Under the pieces are notes generated by a model. It saw only the letters and a list, made by a program, of their open reading frames with translations, did no database searches and was not told where the DNA came from. A program made the position numbers and the translations under genes. A stretch of DNA of 64,000 nt, taken from Candidatus Parcubacteria bacterium (lineage in GTDB: Bacteria > Patescibacteriota > Patescibacteriia > Patescibacteriales > UBA12075). Location of the stretch: contig JAGLIO010000001.1 in NCBI GenBank assembly GCA_023142915.1, forward strand, positions 126 to 64,125, given 5' to 3'. This document shows, piece by piece, positions 55,350 through 64,000 of the stretch (positions within the stretch are counted from its first letter, which is position 1; each line of letters opens with the position of its first letter).

Positions 55350-58320
55350 CCAAATCTATTTCTTTTTGAATATCAATCTCATCATTTTTTTCATTTTTTA
55401 TCTCATCAGCCAAAACATCATCGCAAATATCTTTCTGATATTTTTTTATTGCCTTAATTATATCTTGATTTTCGCTTTGCCAAAATAAAACGATTCTATT
55501 GCTTATTGTTAAACCGGCATTCTTGCGCATACTGTTAATCGTTCTGACTATTTCTCTTTTTATGCCCTCTTGTTTTAATTCGGGTGTTAATTTTGTGTCT
55601 AATTCAACTTTTAACTCACTTTCTTTATCAGACGCATTGCAATGCGTCTCTACGGTTTTTACATTCAATTCATCTTTAATTAAATCTATATATTCTTTTT
55701 CTACTTTTAACTTTTCACTTTTAACTTTTAACTTACTAAGCGGTTGCCTTACTTTAATTCCCGTCTCGTCTCTTTTTGCCAATCCTAATTCCACGATTTT
55801 TCTAGTAGCCTCCATTTCCGCAATAATATTTTTATCAATTTTTCCTGCATTTGGCCATCCCTCTAAATGTACTGATTTATCTTTATTTTCAAAATTAAAC
55901 CCAGTAACTTTCTGCCAAACCTGCTCTGCAATAAACGGCATTACTGGCGCGATAATTTTTGAAAAATTCATCAAAACATGCTTTGTTGTTTTTAGGGCTT
56001 GCGCTTTATCATTCTCGTCGCCGCCTTTGAAACGATTTCGCGAACGGCGTATATACCAAGTTGATAAATCATTAATAAATTCAGATATCGGTCGTGTTGC
56101 TTTGGGCAAATTATATTTATCCATATTTTCCGATACTTCGCAAACTAGCTGATTTAATCTCGCAATAATCCATTTATCTAAAATATTATCACTCTGTACA
56201 GACGAAAAATTTTTCGTCTCTACTACATCGCCGGCAAATAATCCATAAAATTTACAAACATTCCATAAAAGCATTACGTTTTTCCGCAAACTTTCCTTAA
56301 CCCCATCTTCTGAAAAATTCAAGTTTTCAGCCAACATCACGGGAGAGGACAATAAATAATACCGCAAAGCGTCAGCGCTGTATTTTTCAAAAATATATGA
56401 CGGATCAGGATAATTTTGTAATTTTTTAGCCATTTTTTTACCGTCTTCGGCTAAAACAATACCGTTTACTATAACGTTTTTATAGGCGTGCTTTTCTTTA
56501 ATCCCATTAGAGATAACATGCAGATAATAAAACCAACATCTTGTCTGATCCACTCCTTCGGCAATAAATTCAGCTGGAAAATTCTTCTCAAACTTTTCTT
56601 TATTTTCAAAAGGATAATGCATTTGCGCGTAAGGCATTGACCCTGAATCAAACCAAGTATCCAAAACATCGGGAATCCTGCGCATTTCACCATCGCATTT
56701 TTCGCATTTGAATGTTATTTTATCAACAATGTGTTTATGTAAATCCGTAATTTTTTCATCATCAGCGCAAATCGCGCCAGAACAGGGCAGTGCCCTGTTC
56801 CTACGAGCATTTTCCAGTTCTTTCACAGATCCAAAAACTTCTAGCTTACCGCACTTTTCGCATTTCCAAATCGGCATTACGGATGCCCAAAATCTTTGCC
56901 TGCTAATTGACCAATCACGCGCGCCTTCAAGCCAATTTCCAAATCTGCCATCTTTAATATGAGCGGGCGACCAATTTATTTCTTTAGCTGTTTCCAGCAT
57001 TTTATCTTTAATCTTTAAAACATTTACAAACCACGAAGAAGTGGCATAATTTATCAATGGCATATCACAACGCCAACAATGCGGATAACTATGCTCAAAT
57101 TTTTTCTTAAAAAACAACAAATTATTATGAGCTAAATATTTTATTATTTCAATGTCTGTTTTTTGATGATCTCCGATTGGTTTAACATTCATGCCTTTAA
57201 AATCTTTTGCCTCATCTTTTATAATCCCGTCCATTCCAACATGCTGAATAAAAGGCAAATTATGCTCTTTACCTAAATTCATATCATCATCGCCAAACGC
57301 AGGCGCAATATGCACAACTCCTGTCCCCTCTTCTGTATTTACAAAATCAGCCCCATAAATTTTCCAGCCGTTTTCTCTATTTTCCAATTTTTCATCTTTT
57401 TCATAGTAATCAAAAATCGGCTTATATTTTTTACCAACTAAATCAATTCCTTTAACCGAAGAAATTTCAGCTCCATCAAATTTAATAGCTTCATGAACAT
57501 TTCGCTGTTTTAATGTATTAATTAAACAATCTTTTGCAATATAATAAAATTTATTATCAATTTTTATTTTTGCATAACTAATATCATGTCCAACAGCCAA
57601 AGCAACATTCCCAATCAATGTCCATGGCGTAGTTGTCCAAGCCAAAACATACGTGCCAGGTTCGTCTTCCAATTCAAACTTAGCAACAACCGACAAATCC
57701 TTAATATCCCGATATCCTTCCGCGACTTCCGATTGCGACAAAGTTGTTTCGCACCTAGGGCAAATATGCATTGAGCGATAGCCCTCGTAAATCAATCCTT
57801 TGTCATATAACTCTTTAAAAACCCACCAAACAGACTCCATAAAATCCAAATCCATTGTTTTGTAGCAATTTTCCATATCCGCCCATCTGCCAAGACGTTT
57901 AATTGTTTTTTTCCACTCATCAACATAATCTAAAACTTTTGAACGGCACATTTCGTTAAATTTCTCAACACCGATTTCTTCAATATCTTTTTTGCTTTTA
58001 GACCCCATTTCTTTTTCAACAATATTCTCAATCGGCAAACCATGGCAATCCCAGCCCCAGCGCCGTTCAACTCTGTATCCGCGCATTGTCCAATATCTTG
58101 GAATAACATCCTTCATAATGCTGCCGGCTAAATGACCGTAATGCGGGGTACCGGTCGCAAACGGAGGTCCGTCATAAAAAACATAATCACCATTAGGCGC
58201 CTCTCTTTCAACGGACTTTTCAAAAATTTTATTATTTTCCCAAAATTTCAAAACATCCTCCTCCATTAAGCTAAAAGGATTTTTTTTCACTTTATTTTCT
58301 GTATTTTTTTGTTTTTTCAT
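55312..58320 (-). CDS. ileS: isoleucyl-tRNA synthetase, type 2 (eukaryote/archaeal-like)
   Basis: HIGH region FYDGPPFATGTPHYGHL, KMSKS variant KMAKKLQNYPDP, CP1 editing domain, C-terminal zinc Cys clusters. 1002 aa. Confidence 0.88.
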   Translation of the reverse strand: MKKQKNTENKVKKNPFSLMEEDVLKFWENNKIFEKSVEREAPNGDYVFYDGPPFATGTPHYGHLAGSIMKDVIPRYWTMRGYRVERRWGWDCHGLPIENIVEKEMGSKSKKDIEEIGVEKFNEMCRSKVLDYVDEWKKTIKRLGRWADMENCYKTMDLDFMESVWWVFKELYDKGLIYEGYRSMHICPRCETTLSQSEVAEGYRDIKDLSVVAKFELEDEPGTYVLAWTTTPWTLIGNVALAVGHDISYAKIKIDNKFYYIAKDCLINTLKQRNVHEAIKFDGAEISSVKGIDLVGKKYKPIFDYYEKDEKLENRENGWKIYGADFVNTEEGTGVVHIAPAFGDDDMNLGKEHNLPFIQHVGMDGIIKDEAKDFKGMNVKPIGDHQKTDIEIIKYLAHNNLLFFKKKFEHSYPHCWRCDMPLINYATSSWFVNVLKIKDKMLETAKEINWSPAHIKDGRFGNWLEGARDWSISRQRFWASVMPIWKCEKCGKLEVFGSVKELENARRNRALPCSGAICADDEKITDLHKHIVDKITFKCEKCDGEMRRIPDVLDTWFDSGSMPYAQMHYPFENKEKFEKNFPAEFIAEGVDQTRCWFYYLHVISNGIKEKHAYKNVIVNGIVLAEDGKKMAKKLQNYPDPSYIFEKYSADALRYYLLSSPVMLAENLNFSEDGVKESLRKNVMLLWNVCKFYGLFAGDVVETKNFSSVQSDNILDKWIIARLNQLVCEVSENMDKYNLPKATRPISEFINDLSTWYIRRSRNRFKGGDENDKAQALKTTKHVLMNFSKIIAPVMPFIAEQVWQKVTGFNFENKDKSVHLEGWPNAGKIDKNIIAEMEATRKIVELGLAKRDETGIKVRQPLSKLKVKSEKLKVEKEYIDLIKDELNVKTVETHCNASDKESELKVELDTKLTPELKQEGIKREIVRTINSMRKNAGLTISNRIVLFWQSENQDIIKAIKKYQKDICDDVLADEIKNEKNDEIDIQKEIDLDGGILFLCVQKI

Positions 58321-58463
58321 TGGATGTTTTTTTAGTATTTTAATTTATTTATACCGATATTTTAGCCCAAATGGGCTTTGATGTCAAAAACTTTTTACTA
58401 ACATGCCATATAGCGACTTGATTTATATCTATCCCGTATTTACCTGACATTTCTTCGGGTATT

Positions 58464-59597
58464 TTATTTTATTGCCATATTAATTACATCAATAATTTTA
58501 TTCTCACACTCCGTCTTAATAACTTTTTTAATATTATTTTTTAATTTATTTCTTAAATTTTCGTCTTTTAAGATTTTTTTAATATTTTTTAATAAAATAT
58601 CGCCGTTCAGTCCTTTTTGATTTAAAACTATAGCAGCCTCTTCTTTAAAAAAAATTTCAGCGTTTTCTTCTTGATGCGAATCAGGCATGGGGATTAAGAT
58701 TGTTGGTTTGGCAACATAAGATAATTCAGTTAATGTTCCCATTCCTGCGCGGGAAATAATAATGTCTGCTGAGGCAAATACCTTAATCAAGCCAAAAGCA
58801 TCTAAAAATTCAAAAAATTTATATCCGGGATTTTTTTCCATTGCTTCCGCCATTTTTTTACTTGATTTATTTTTTCCTGTTATATGCAAAATCTGACAAA
58901 CTCTTGTTAATTTATCTATATTTTCCAAAATCAAATCATTAATCGCCCCAGCGCCTGTTCCTCCGCCCATAACAAGCAAAATCGGCTTGTCTGTCCGCAT
59001 GCCGATTTTTTGCACTGCCTCGCGCTTGCTTATTTTATTTTCAATAAATTCCTTGCGGATCGGATTGCCTGTTAAAACCGCTTTTTTCCCGTAATCCGCC
59101 AAAGATTTTTTAAAAGTTACTGATATTGTTTTTGCAAATGGCGCCATTAATTTATTAGCCAATCCCGGACGCGCGTCAAGCTGATGAATTAAAACAGGCA
59201 CGCGCAAAACCCAAGCAGCCCACGCAAGCGGCGCGCTCACAAACGAACCGGCGCTGATAATTAAATTTGGTTTTTCTTTTAAAATAATAAAAAAAGACTG
59301 CCAAAAACCCAAATAAATTTGAAAAAAATCCAAAACATTTTGCAATGACAAATAACGCCTTAATTTGCCTGCCGGTATGGACATAAACCGAATTCCGGAC
59401 GACTCAACTAATTGCCTTTCCGGCCCGTCTTTGGTGCCAATCCAGAGAAATTCAGGCTCCAAGAGCCTTTTAATGCTCTTGGAGCCTTGTTCGCGCTTCA
59501 ACAAATCAACCATAGCCAAAAGCGGCGTAACCGACCCGCCGGTACCGCCCCCGCTTAACATTATCTTGACATTTTTATTTTTTTGTGCTATGTTCAT
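58464..59597 (-). CDS. murG: UDP-GlcNAc:undecaprenyl-PP-MurNAc-pentapeptide GlcNAc transferase MurG
   Basis: N-terminal IMLSGGGTGGSVTPLLAMV (G-loop) and a GT28 C-terminal domain. 377 aa. Confidence 0.88.
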   Translation of the reverse strand: MNIAQKNKNVKIMLSGGGTGGSVTPLLAMVDLLKREQGSKSIKRLLEPEFLWIGTKDGPERQLVESSGIRFMSIPAGKLRRYLSLQNVLDFFQIYLGFWQSFFIILKEKPNLIISAGSFVSAPLAWAAWVLRVPVLIHQLDARPGLANKLMAPFAKTISVTFKKSLADYGKKAVLTGNPIRKEFIENKISKREAVQKIGMRTDKPILLVMGGGTGAGAINDLILENIDKLTRVCQILHITGKNKSSKKMAEAMEKNPGYKFFEFLDAFGLIKVFASADIIISRAGMGTLTELSYVAKPTILIPMPDSHQEENAEIFFKEEAAIVLNQKGLNGDILLKNIKKILKDENLRNKLKNNIKKVIKTECENKIIDVINMAIK

Positions 59598-59783
59598 TTA
59601 TTAGATAATTCGCTGTTTAACAACTTTGAATAAAGAGAAAATTATGAAAATAATGGATAAAATTAATTCATTTTTGGACAAATACTTTACTCCATTTATT
59701 TGGAATAAAATAAGAATATCGGCAGTTATTATTTTTATATGTGCTGTGTGTATTAGTAAAATTCTTTAAAAAAGGAGGAAACA

Positions 59784-60062
59784 ATGAAAATAAGTAACCC
59801 TATGCAAAAACTTCTTGTAATAATATCAATAGTTGTAATGGCTGGTCTGCTGATGTTAGTGTGCTGGCACATCAGTCCTAGAAACAAAGCAGAAATAAAT
59901 GAAAAAAAAGAAAAAGTTATAAAGGATGCGCAAGAACAAGCCGGCATACTTGAACGTATTGTTCCTACCGAAAATGGATATAAAGTGAGCGACGAAATTT
60001 ATCCTCCTCATCTAACTTTTATTTTGTTAGACGAAAAATTGAAAAGAATTGAAAAAAAATAA
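59784..60062 (+). CDS. small protein with N-terminal TM helix
   Basis: 92-aa ORF with a strong SD (aaaaggaggaaacaATG) and a terminator immediately downstream. Confidence 0.45.
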   Translation: MKISNPMQKLLVIISIVVMAGLLMLVCWHISPRNKAEINEKKEKVIKDAQEQAGILERIVPTENGYKVSDEIYPPHLTFILLDEKLKRIEKK

Positions 60063-60080
60063 AAAAATATTTTTTTTCCA

Positions 60081-60110
60081 AGCCGGGACAGAAGTGTTCC
60101 GGCTTTTTTA
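60081..60110 (+). terminator. rho-independent terminator (agccgggaca-gaag-tgttccggct + T6)
   Basis: 10-bp stem with one mismatch, a 4-nt loop, then tttttt. Confidence 0.65.
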
Positions 60111-60148
60111 TTATCACCGCCCAGGCATGATGCATTAATTTATAATCC

Positions 60149-61294
60149 TTAATTCCTAACTCTCGTCTGCTTGCTGATATTCACTAATATCCCAATCGCG
60201 GCCAATGTTGCCAGTATAGATGATCCGCCGTATGAAATCAATGGCAAGGGAACGCCGGTCATGGGCATGACATTGATAATTCCGCCGATGTTTATTATTG
60301 CCTGGATTACAATCCAGCTGACAATGCCGATTGCTAAAATCCTGCCAAAATCATCCGGCGCTTTTCTAGCAATTAAAAAACCGCGATAAAAAATAAAAGA
60401 AAAACCGGCTATCAATAAAACACTGAAAATCATTCCGGTTTCTTCGGCAATAATCGCGAATATGGAATCGCCGCTAACCTCCGGCAGGTACATATATTTC
60501 TGGCGGCTAGCGCCTAAGCCGCGTCCTGTTATTCCGCCGGAACCAACCGCGATCAAGGATTGGTTGACCTGATAACAAACGCCCTTTTTGTCATAATTCG
60601 GATCAAGCAAGCATTTAAAGCGATCATGCTGATAGTCTTTCATTTGCACCATTAAGGCGAAAGCAAGCAAGCCGAAAACTCCGATTATAATAATATGCTT
60701 AATTTTTCCTCCGCCCACAAAATACACAATCAAAGATGTTATCGCTATAATTGAAAGCGTGCCGATATCCGGCTGTAAAATCATTAAAAAAGAAATTAGA
60801 CCAAGCACTGCCACAAAAGGGCCGATGCTTTGCGCGATATCGCTTAGATTTTTCTTTCTGGTTTCCAGCCAAGCCGCCAAATACAAAAGAAAAGACAATT
60901 TTACAAATTCCGCCGGCTGCAAAGAAAATCCAAAAACATTAATCCAGCTCCTGGCCTTTCCGTAATGCGCGCTAAGTCCGGGAATAAACACCAATAGCAG
61001 TAAAACAATTGACCCGACTAAAAACCAAAAAGCGTACTTGCGCCATATATGATAATCTACGCGAGAGAAAAAAATAAAAGCAACAAGTCCGAAACTTAAA
61101 CCAACCAATTGATGTTTAAAATAATAATAAGCATCTCCGAATTTATCATAATAAGCGACAACCGCCGAGGCGCTGGACAAACTTACAAGACCAAAAAGTA
61201 AAATAACACCGACAACAATCATTAACGCGTTATCCGGTTCATGATAACCGACTTTTCGGCCTAATATTTTTTTTAATTTTTTCTTAAATACCAT
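60149..61294 (-). CDS. ftsW: SEDS-family peptidoglycan glycosyltransferase (FtsW/RodA)
   Basis: 381 aa, 10 TM. Conserved SEDS blocks (GxSRxW...PAEFVKL; LPEVSGDSIFAIIAEETG). Lies between mraY and murG. Confidence 0.85.
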   Translation of the reverse strand: MVFKKKLKKILGRKVGYHEPDNALMIVVGVILLFGLVSLSSASAVVAYYDKFGDAYYYFKHQLVGLSFGLVAFIFFSRVDYHIWRKYAFWFLVGSIVLLLLVFIPGLSAHYGKARSWINVFGFSLQPAEFVKLSFLLYLAAWLETRKKNLSDIAQSIGPFVAVLGLISFLMILQPDIGTLSIIAITSLIVYFVGGGKIKHIIIIGVFGLLAFALMVQMKDYQHDRFKCLLDPNYDKKGVCYQVNQSLIAVGSGGITGRGLGASRQKYMYLPEVSGDSIFAIIAEETGMIFSVLLIAGFSFIFYRGFLIARKAPDDFGRILAIGIVSWIVIQAIINIGGIINVMPMTGVPLPLISYGGSSILATLAAIGILVNISKQTRVRN

Positions 61295-61300
61295 ATAATC

Positions 61301-62350
61301 CTACAGCGTCTTATCCAACAAAAATATAATCAAGCCAATTACGGAAGAAACTCCTGACAGAAGCCAGAAGCGCATTACAATTTTTGGCTCTGCCCAGCCT
61401 TTGGCCTCAAGATGATGATGAATTGGCGCTGACAAAAAAACTTTTTTTCCGTTTCTAAGTTTTTTAGATAAAATTTGAATAATAGTAGACAAAGCCTCTA
61501 TCACAAAAACTAATCCTAAAAACGGCAGTATAAAAGCCGTGTTAGTGTATAAAGCAATCAAGGCCAATGTAACGCCAAGCGATATTGAGCCTGTATCACC
61601 CATGATAAAACGCGCCGGATTAATGTTAAACCAAAGAAAAGCCAATAAAGCTCCTGTAATTACTCCGCAAAAAGTAGCCAAATCATACTTTCCTGTTGCA
61701 AAAGCGATTACCGCGTATGATGCAAAAGCGCTCAAAAGCGTGCCACCTGCCAAACCATCCAAGCCATCGGTTTGATTTACGGAAAAGGCCGTTCCGACTA
61801 CTACAAAAATAAAAAAGGGAATATACCACAAATTCAATTCAACAAAGCCGATAAAAGGAATATGAATAACACTCCAAACTAATTTAGAATAAAACCACCA
61901 CGCGCCCACAAGAGCTATAAAAATATATATCAATAATTTATGGCTGAATTTTATCCCTCTCTTTTTATAGCCCATTTTCCTGACATCCAAGTAATCATCA
62001 GCCAGTCCGACAAGGGCTGACGCCACTAAACAGCCAAGCGGCAATAAAGTCTGCGCTTGCGATAAAAAGTTCAACTGCTTAAATATTTCCCAAGGCAAAA
62101 ATTTTGCCAAATAAAAAAAGGCTAGGCTGAATATTAAAACCGTTACCCATATCAACAATCCCCCCATTGTCGGCGTGCCGGATTTGTGGGCATGCAATTT
62201 TGTAAAAAACGGAGTGGAACCGTCATCCCTGATTTGCTTCCCTATTTTATATTTATACAAAAAATGGGTTAGGAGCGGAGTCCAAAGAACCGTAAAAATA
62301 AAAGCTAAGGCAGTAAAAAACAAAATCCTTATAACATAAAAATCTTCCAT
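61301..62350 (-). CDS. mraY: phospho-N-acetylmuramoyl-pentapeptide transferase MraY
   Basis: KSGTPTMGG, VGLADDYLD, NQTDGLDGLAGG and HHH motif (PIHHHLE). 349 aa. Confidence 0.93.
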   Translation of the reverse strand: MEDFYVIRILFFTALAFIFTVLWTPLLTHFLYKYKIGKQIRDDGSTPFFTKLHAHKSGTPTMGGLLIWVTVLIFSLAFFYLAKFLPWEIFKQLNFLSQAQTLLPLGCLVASALVGLADDYLDVRKMGYKKRGIKFSHKLLIYIFIALVGAWWFYSKLVWSVIHIPFIGFVELNLWYIPFFIFVVVGTAFSVNQTDGLDGLAGGTLLSAFASYAVIAFATGKYDLATFCGVITGALLAFLWFNINPARFIMGDTGSISLGVTLALIALYTNTAFILPFLGLVFVIEALSTIIQILSKKLRNGKKVFLSAPIHHHLEAKGWAEPKIVMRFWLLSGVSSVIGLIIFLLDKTL

Positions 62351-62357
62351 AAATGTT

Positions 62358-62768
62358 TTATCTAAAATTTATTAAATATACCGATGAAATCGCGGCAAGC
62401 AAAACAATATTAGAAAGCAGAGCCGCGATCAGCAATATATGGGAAAGCAGAATAAAATCCTTGTTTTGGCTTAAAATTATAACAATTATAAAATTAAATA
62501 AAATAATTATCAACCCTAAAATCGGAATTATAAATATCTGCCTGGCATCCCCGTAAAAATCTATGCCAAAATCAACCGTATAATGCAGGGCGATCTGCTC
62601 CGTGCCTGTTGTCATAATATGCCTGGCAAAAAACCAAATTAAAATATTAATGCAAACTAAAAAAGCTGAATAAACCTTAACATAAAAAAAAGCAAAAATG
62701 CCGGAAAGCGAGTTTGCTAAATTTTTTTGAAAAATATAAAAAATATTAAATAATTTCAGGCTATTCAT
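62358..62768 (-). CDS. small membrane protein upstream of mraY (unknown; FtsL-position ORF)
   Basis: 136-aa hydrophobic ORF, 7 bp upstream of mraY. Confidence 0.4.
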   Translation of the reverse strand: MNSLKLFNIFYIFQKNLANSLSGIFAFFYVKVYSAFLVCINILIWFFARHIMTTGTEQIALHYTVDFGIDFYGDARQIFIIPILGLIIILFNFIIVIILSQNKDFILLSHILLIAALLSNIVLLAAISSVYLINFR

Positions 62769-63042
62769 TGTTTAAAAAATATATAATTTATAGTCAAGGA
62801 ATTTAAATATTCCCGACTACTGTTAATGCCCTTTGGGCATAACTTGATATTTTTACTTTAACATATTATTGATAAAATTTAAAGCGAAGTCAGGAAAACG
62901 AAAGTACCCCCCCCACTGACCCTCAACCAATTTTAAAATCACATAAAAATTCTATTAAAAAAAATAGATAAATATTTTATTTGAATTACAAAACCGAATG
63001 TTCCAACCTTTCCTTTTTCAATAATTATGTTATAAATAATAC

Positions 63043-63999
63043 ATGAGCCTATTCAAACTTTACTCAAAATACAATCCTGCAGGCGATCAGCCGGCTGCGA
63101 TTAAAAAATTAATAGCTGGTTTAGTGTCCGGCAAAAAAAACCAAACCTTGCTTGGCGTTACCGGCAGCGGCAAGACTTTTACTATGGCGAATGTCATAGA
63201 AAAAACGCAAAAGCCTACTTTAATAATATCCCATAATAAAACTTTGGCGGCGCAGCTATACGGAGAATTTAAACAATTTTTTCCACAAGCGGCCGTGCAT
63301 TATTTTGTGTCTTATTACGATTATTACCAACCCGAAGCGTACATTCCGCAAACCGACACTTATATTGAAAAGGAGGCGACAATTAACGAAGAAATAGATC
63401 GCCTGCGGCATGCTTCAACACAATCCCTGATTAACCGCCGCGACGTAATTATAGTAGCCAGCGTTTCCTGTATTTATGGTTTGGGCGAGAAAAAAGACTA
63501 TGAAAAATTGGGGTGTGTTTTTAGCTTTAGGCAAAAAATAAAAAGAAACGAACTTTTGAGGCGTCTAGTAAATATTCAATATGAAAGAAATGATACCGCG
63601 TTTTACAGGGGACAATTTAGGGTTAACGGAGAAACGATTGATATTCATTTATCTACCGGTGAATCGGTTGTCAGGATTGAAATGTATGGCGATGAAATTG
63701 AAAATATTTATATTTTTAATATTAAGCTCGGCGGCTCTAAACCGGTTTGGGCAAGCGATTTAAAAAATAAGCAAGCTGCAAGACTAGATAGTATAAATAT
63801 TCTGCCTGCCAAACATTTTATGACGCCAAAAGACCGTATGGAAAAAGCATTGGCAAATATCCGGCTGGAGTTAAAACAGCGTCTTGGTGAATTGATTAAG
63901 CAGGGCAAGCAAGTGGAAGCATACCGCTTGGAGCGGAAAACAAATTTTGATTTGGAGATGATTGAACAAATTGGCTATTGCAATGGCATAGAAAATTAC
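63043..63999 (+). CDS. uvrB: excinuclease ABC subunit B (UvrB), N-terminal part; continues beyond window
   Basis: MSLFKLYSKYNPAGDQPAAIKKLIAGL...LLGVTGSGKTFTMANVIEKTQKPTLIISHNKTLAAQLYGEFKQFFPQAAVHYFVSYYDYYQPEAY, the canonical UvrB N-terminus and Walker A. No stop before position 64000. Confidence 0.9.
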   Translation, partial: MSLFKLYSKYNPAGDQPAAIKKLIAGLVSGKKNQTLLGVTGSGKTFTMANVIEKTQKPTLIISHNKTLAAQLYGEFKQFFPQAAVHYFVSYYDYYQPEAYIPQTDTYIEKEATINEEIDRLRHASTQSLINRRDVIIVASVSCIYGLGEKKDYEKLGCVFSFRQKIKRNELLRRLVNIQYERNDTAFYRGQFRVNGETIDIHLSTGESVVRIEMYGDEIENIYIFNIKLGGSKPVWASDLKNKQAARLDSINILPAKHFMTPKDRMEKALANIRLELKQRLGELIKQGKQVEAYRLERKTNFDLEMIEQIGYCNGIENY

Positions 64000-64000
64000 T

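Noticed and set aside
62770-63042. Intergenic region upstream of uvrB scanned for tRNA/ncRNA
   Set aside because: No cloverleaf-compatible GTTC/T-loop or acceptor-stem pattern found by eye. I cannot run a covariance search, so absence is not proven.

Overview
This 64-kb window is AT-rich, densely coding and mostly on the minus strand, with short intergenic regions. The gene content and the reduced division/cell-wall cluster look like a small-genome CPR/Patescibacteria-type bacterium, but that is an inference from content, not a database hit.

Core housekeeping genes I can recognise: two tandem cofactor-independent phosphoglycerate mutases, clpB preceded by a perfect CIRCE/HrcA operator, def, rnhA, recJ, lepA, type-2 ileS, murG, ftsW, mraY and the 5' part of uvrB. 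There are also pilT and a pilB/gspE-type ATPase, lemA, creD, an ECF sigma factor with a probable anti-sigma factor, and a secreted subtilisin next to a caspase-like peptidase.

The most unusual region is about 8.07-13.36 kb, just downstream of clpB. It holds two Type II restriction-modification cassettes: one with a C5-cytosine methyltransferase that closely resembles M.HaeIII (GGCC class) as I recall it, and one with a beta-class DPPY methyltransferase on the opposite strand. These cassettes sit inside a mosaic of direct repeats: the clpB 3' end plus its terminator occurs twice, a promoter occurs twice, and about 150 bp of the 5' end of a secreted-protein gene occurs twice, once as a truncated pseudogene.

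Other accessory or novel-looking content:
- A small overlapping ORF pair lies between the two R-M cassettes.
- A protein made of eleven 28-residue tandem repeats, with a small partner ORF.
- Two HicA-family toxin modules with opposite gene order and different antitoxin types.
- Two Schlafen/AlbA_2-like (COG2865) paralogs; one carries an in-frame 12-bp x5 tandem repeat.
- A 14-kb envelope glycosylation island: three ArnT/PMT-like membrane proteins, a GT2 fused to a SAM methyltransferase, a GT4, a flippase-like protein, a large internally duplicated exported protein, and a secreted 3x177-bp repeat protein.
- A secreted MopE-like cysteine/aspartate repeat protein encoded by near-identical 198-bp tandem DNA repeats.

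I found no rRNA, tRNA, CRISPR array or transposase by eye.
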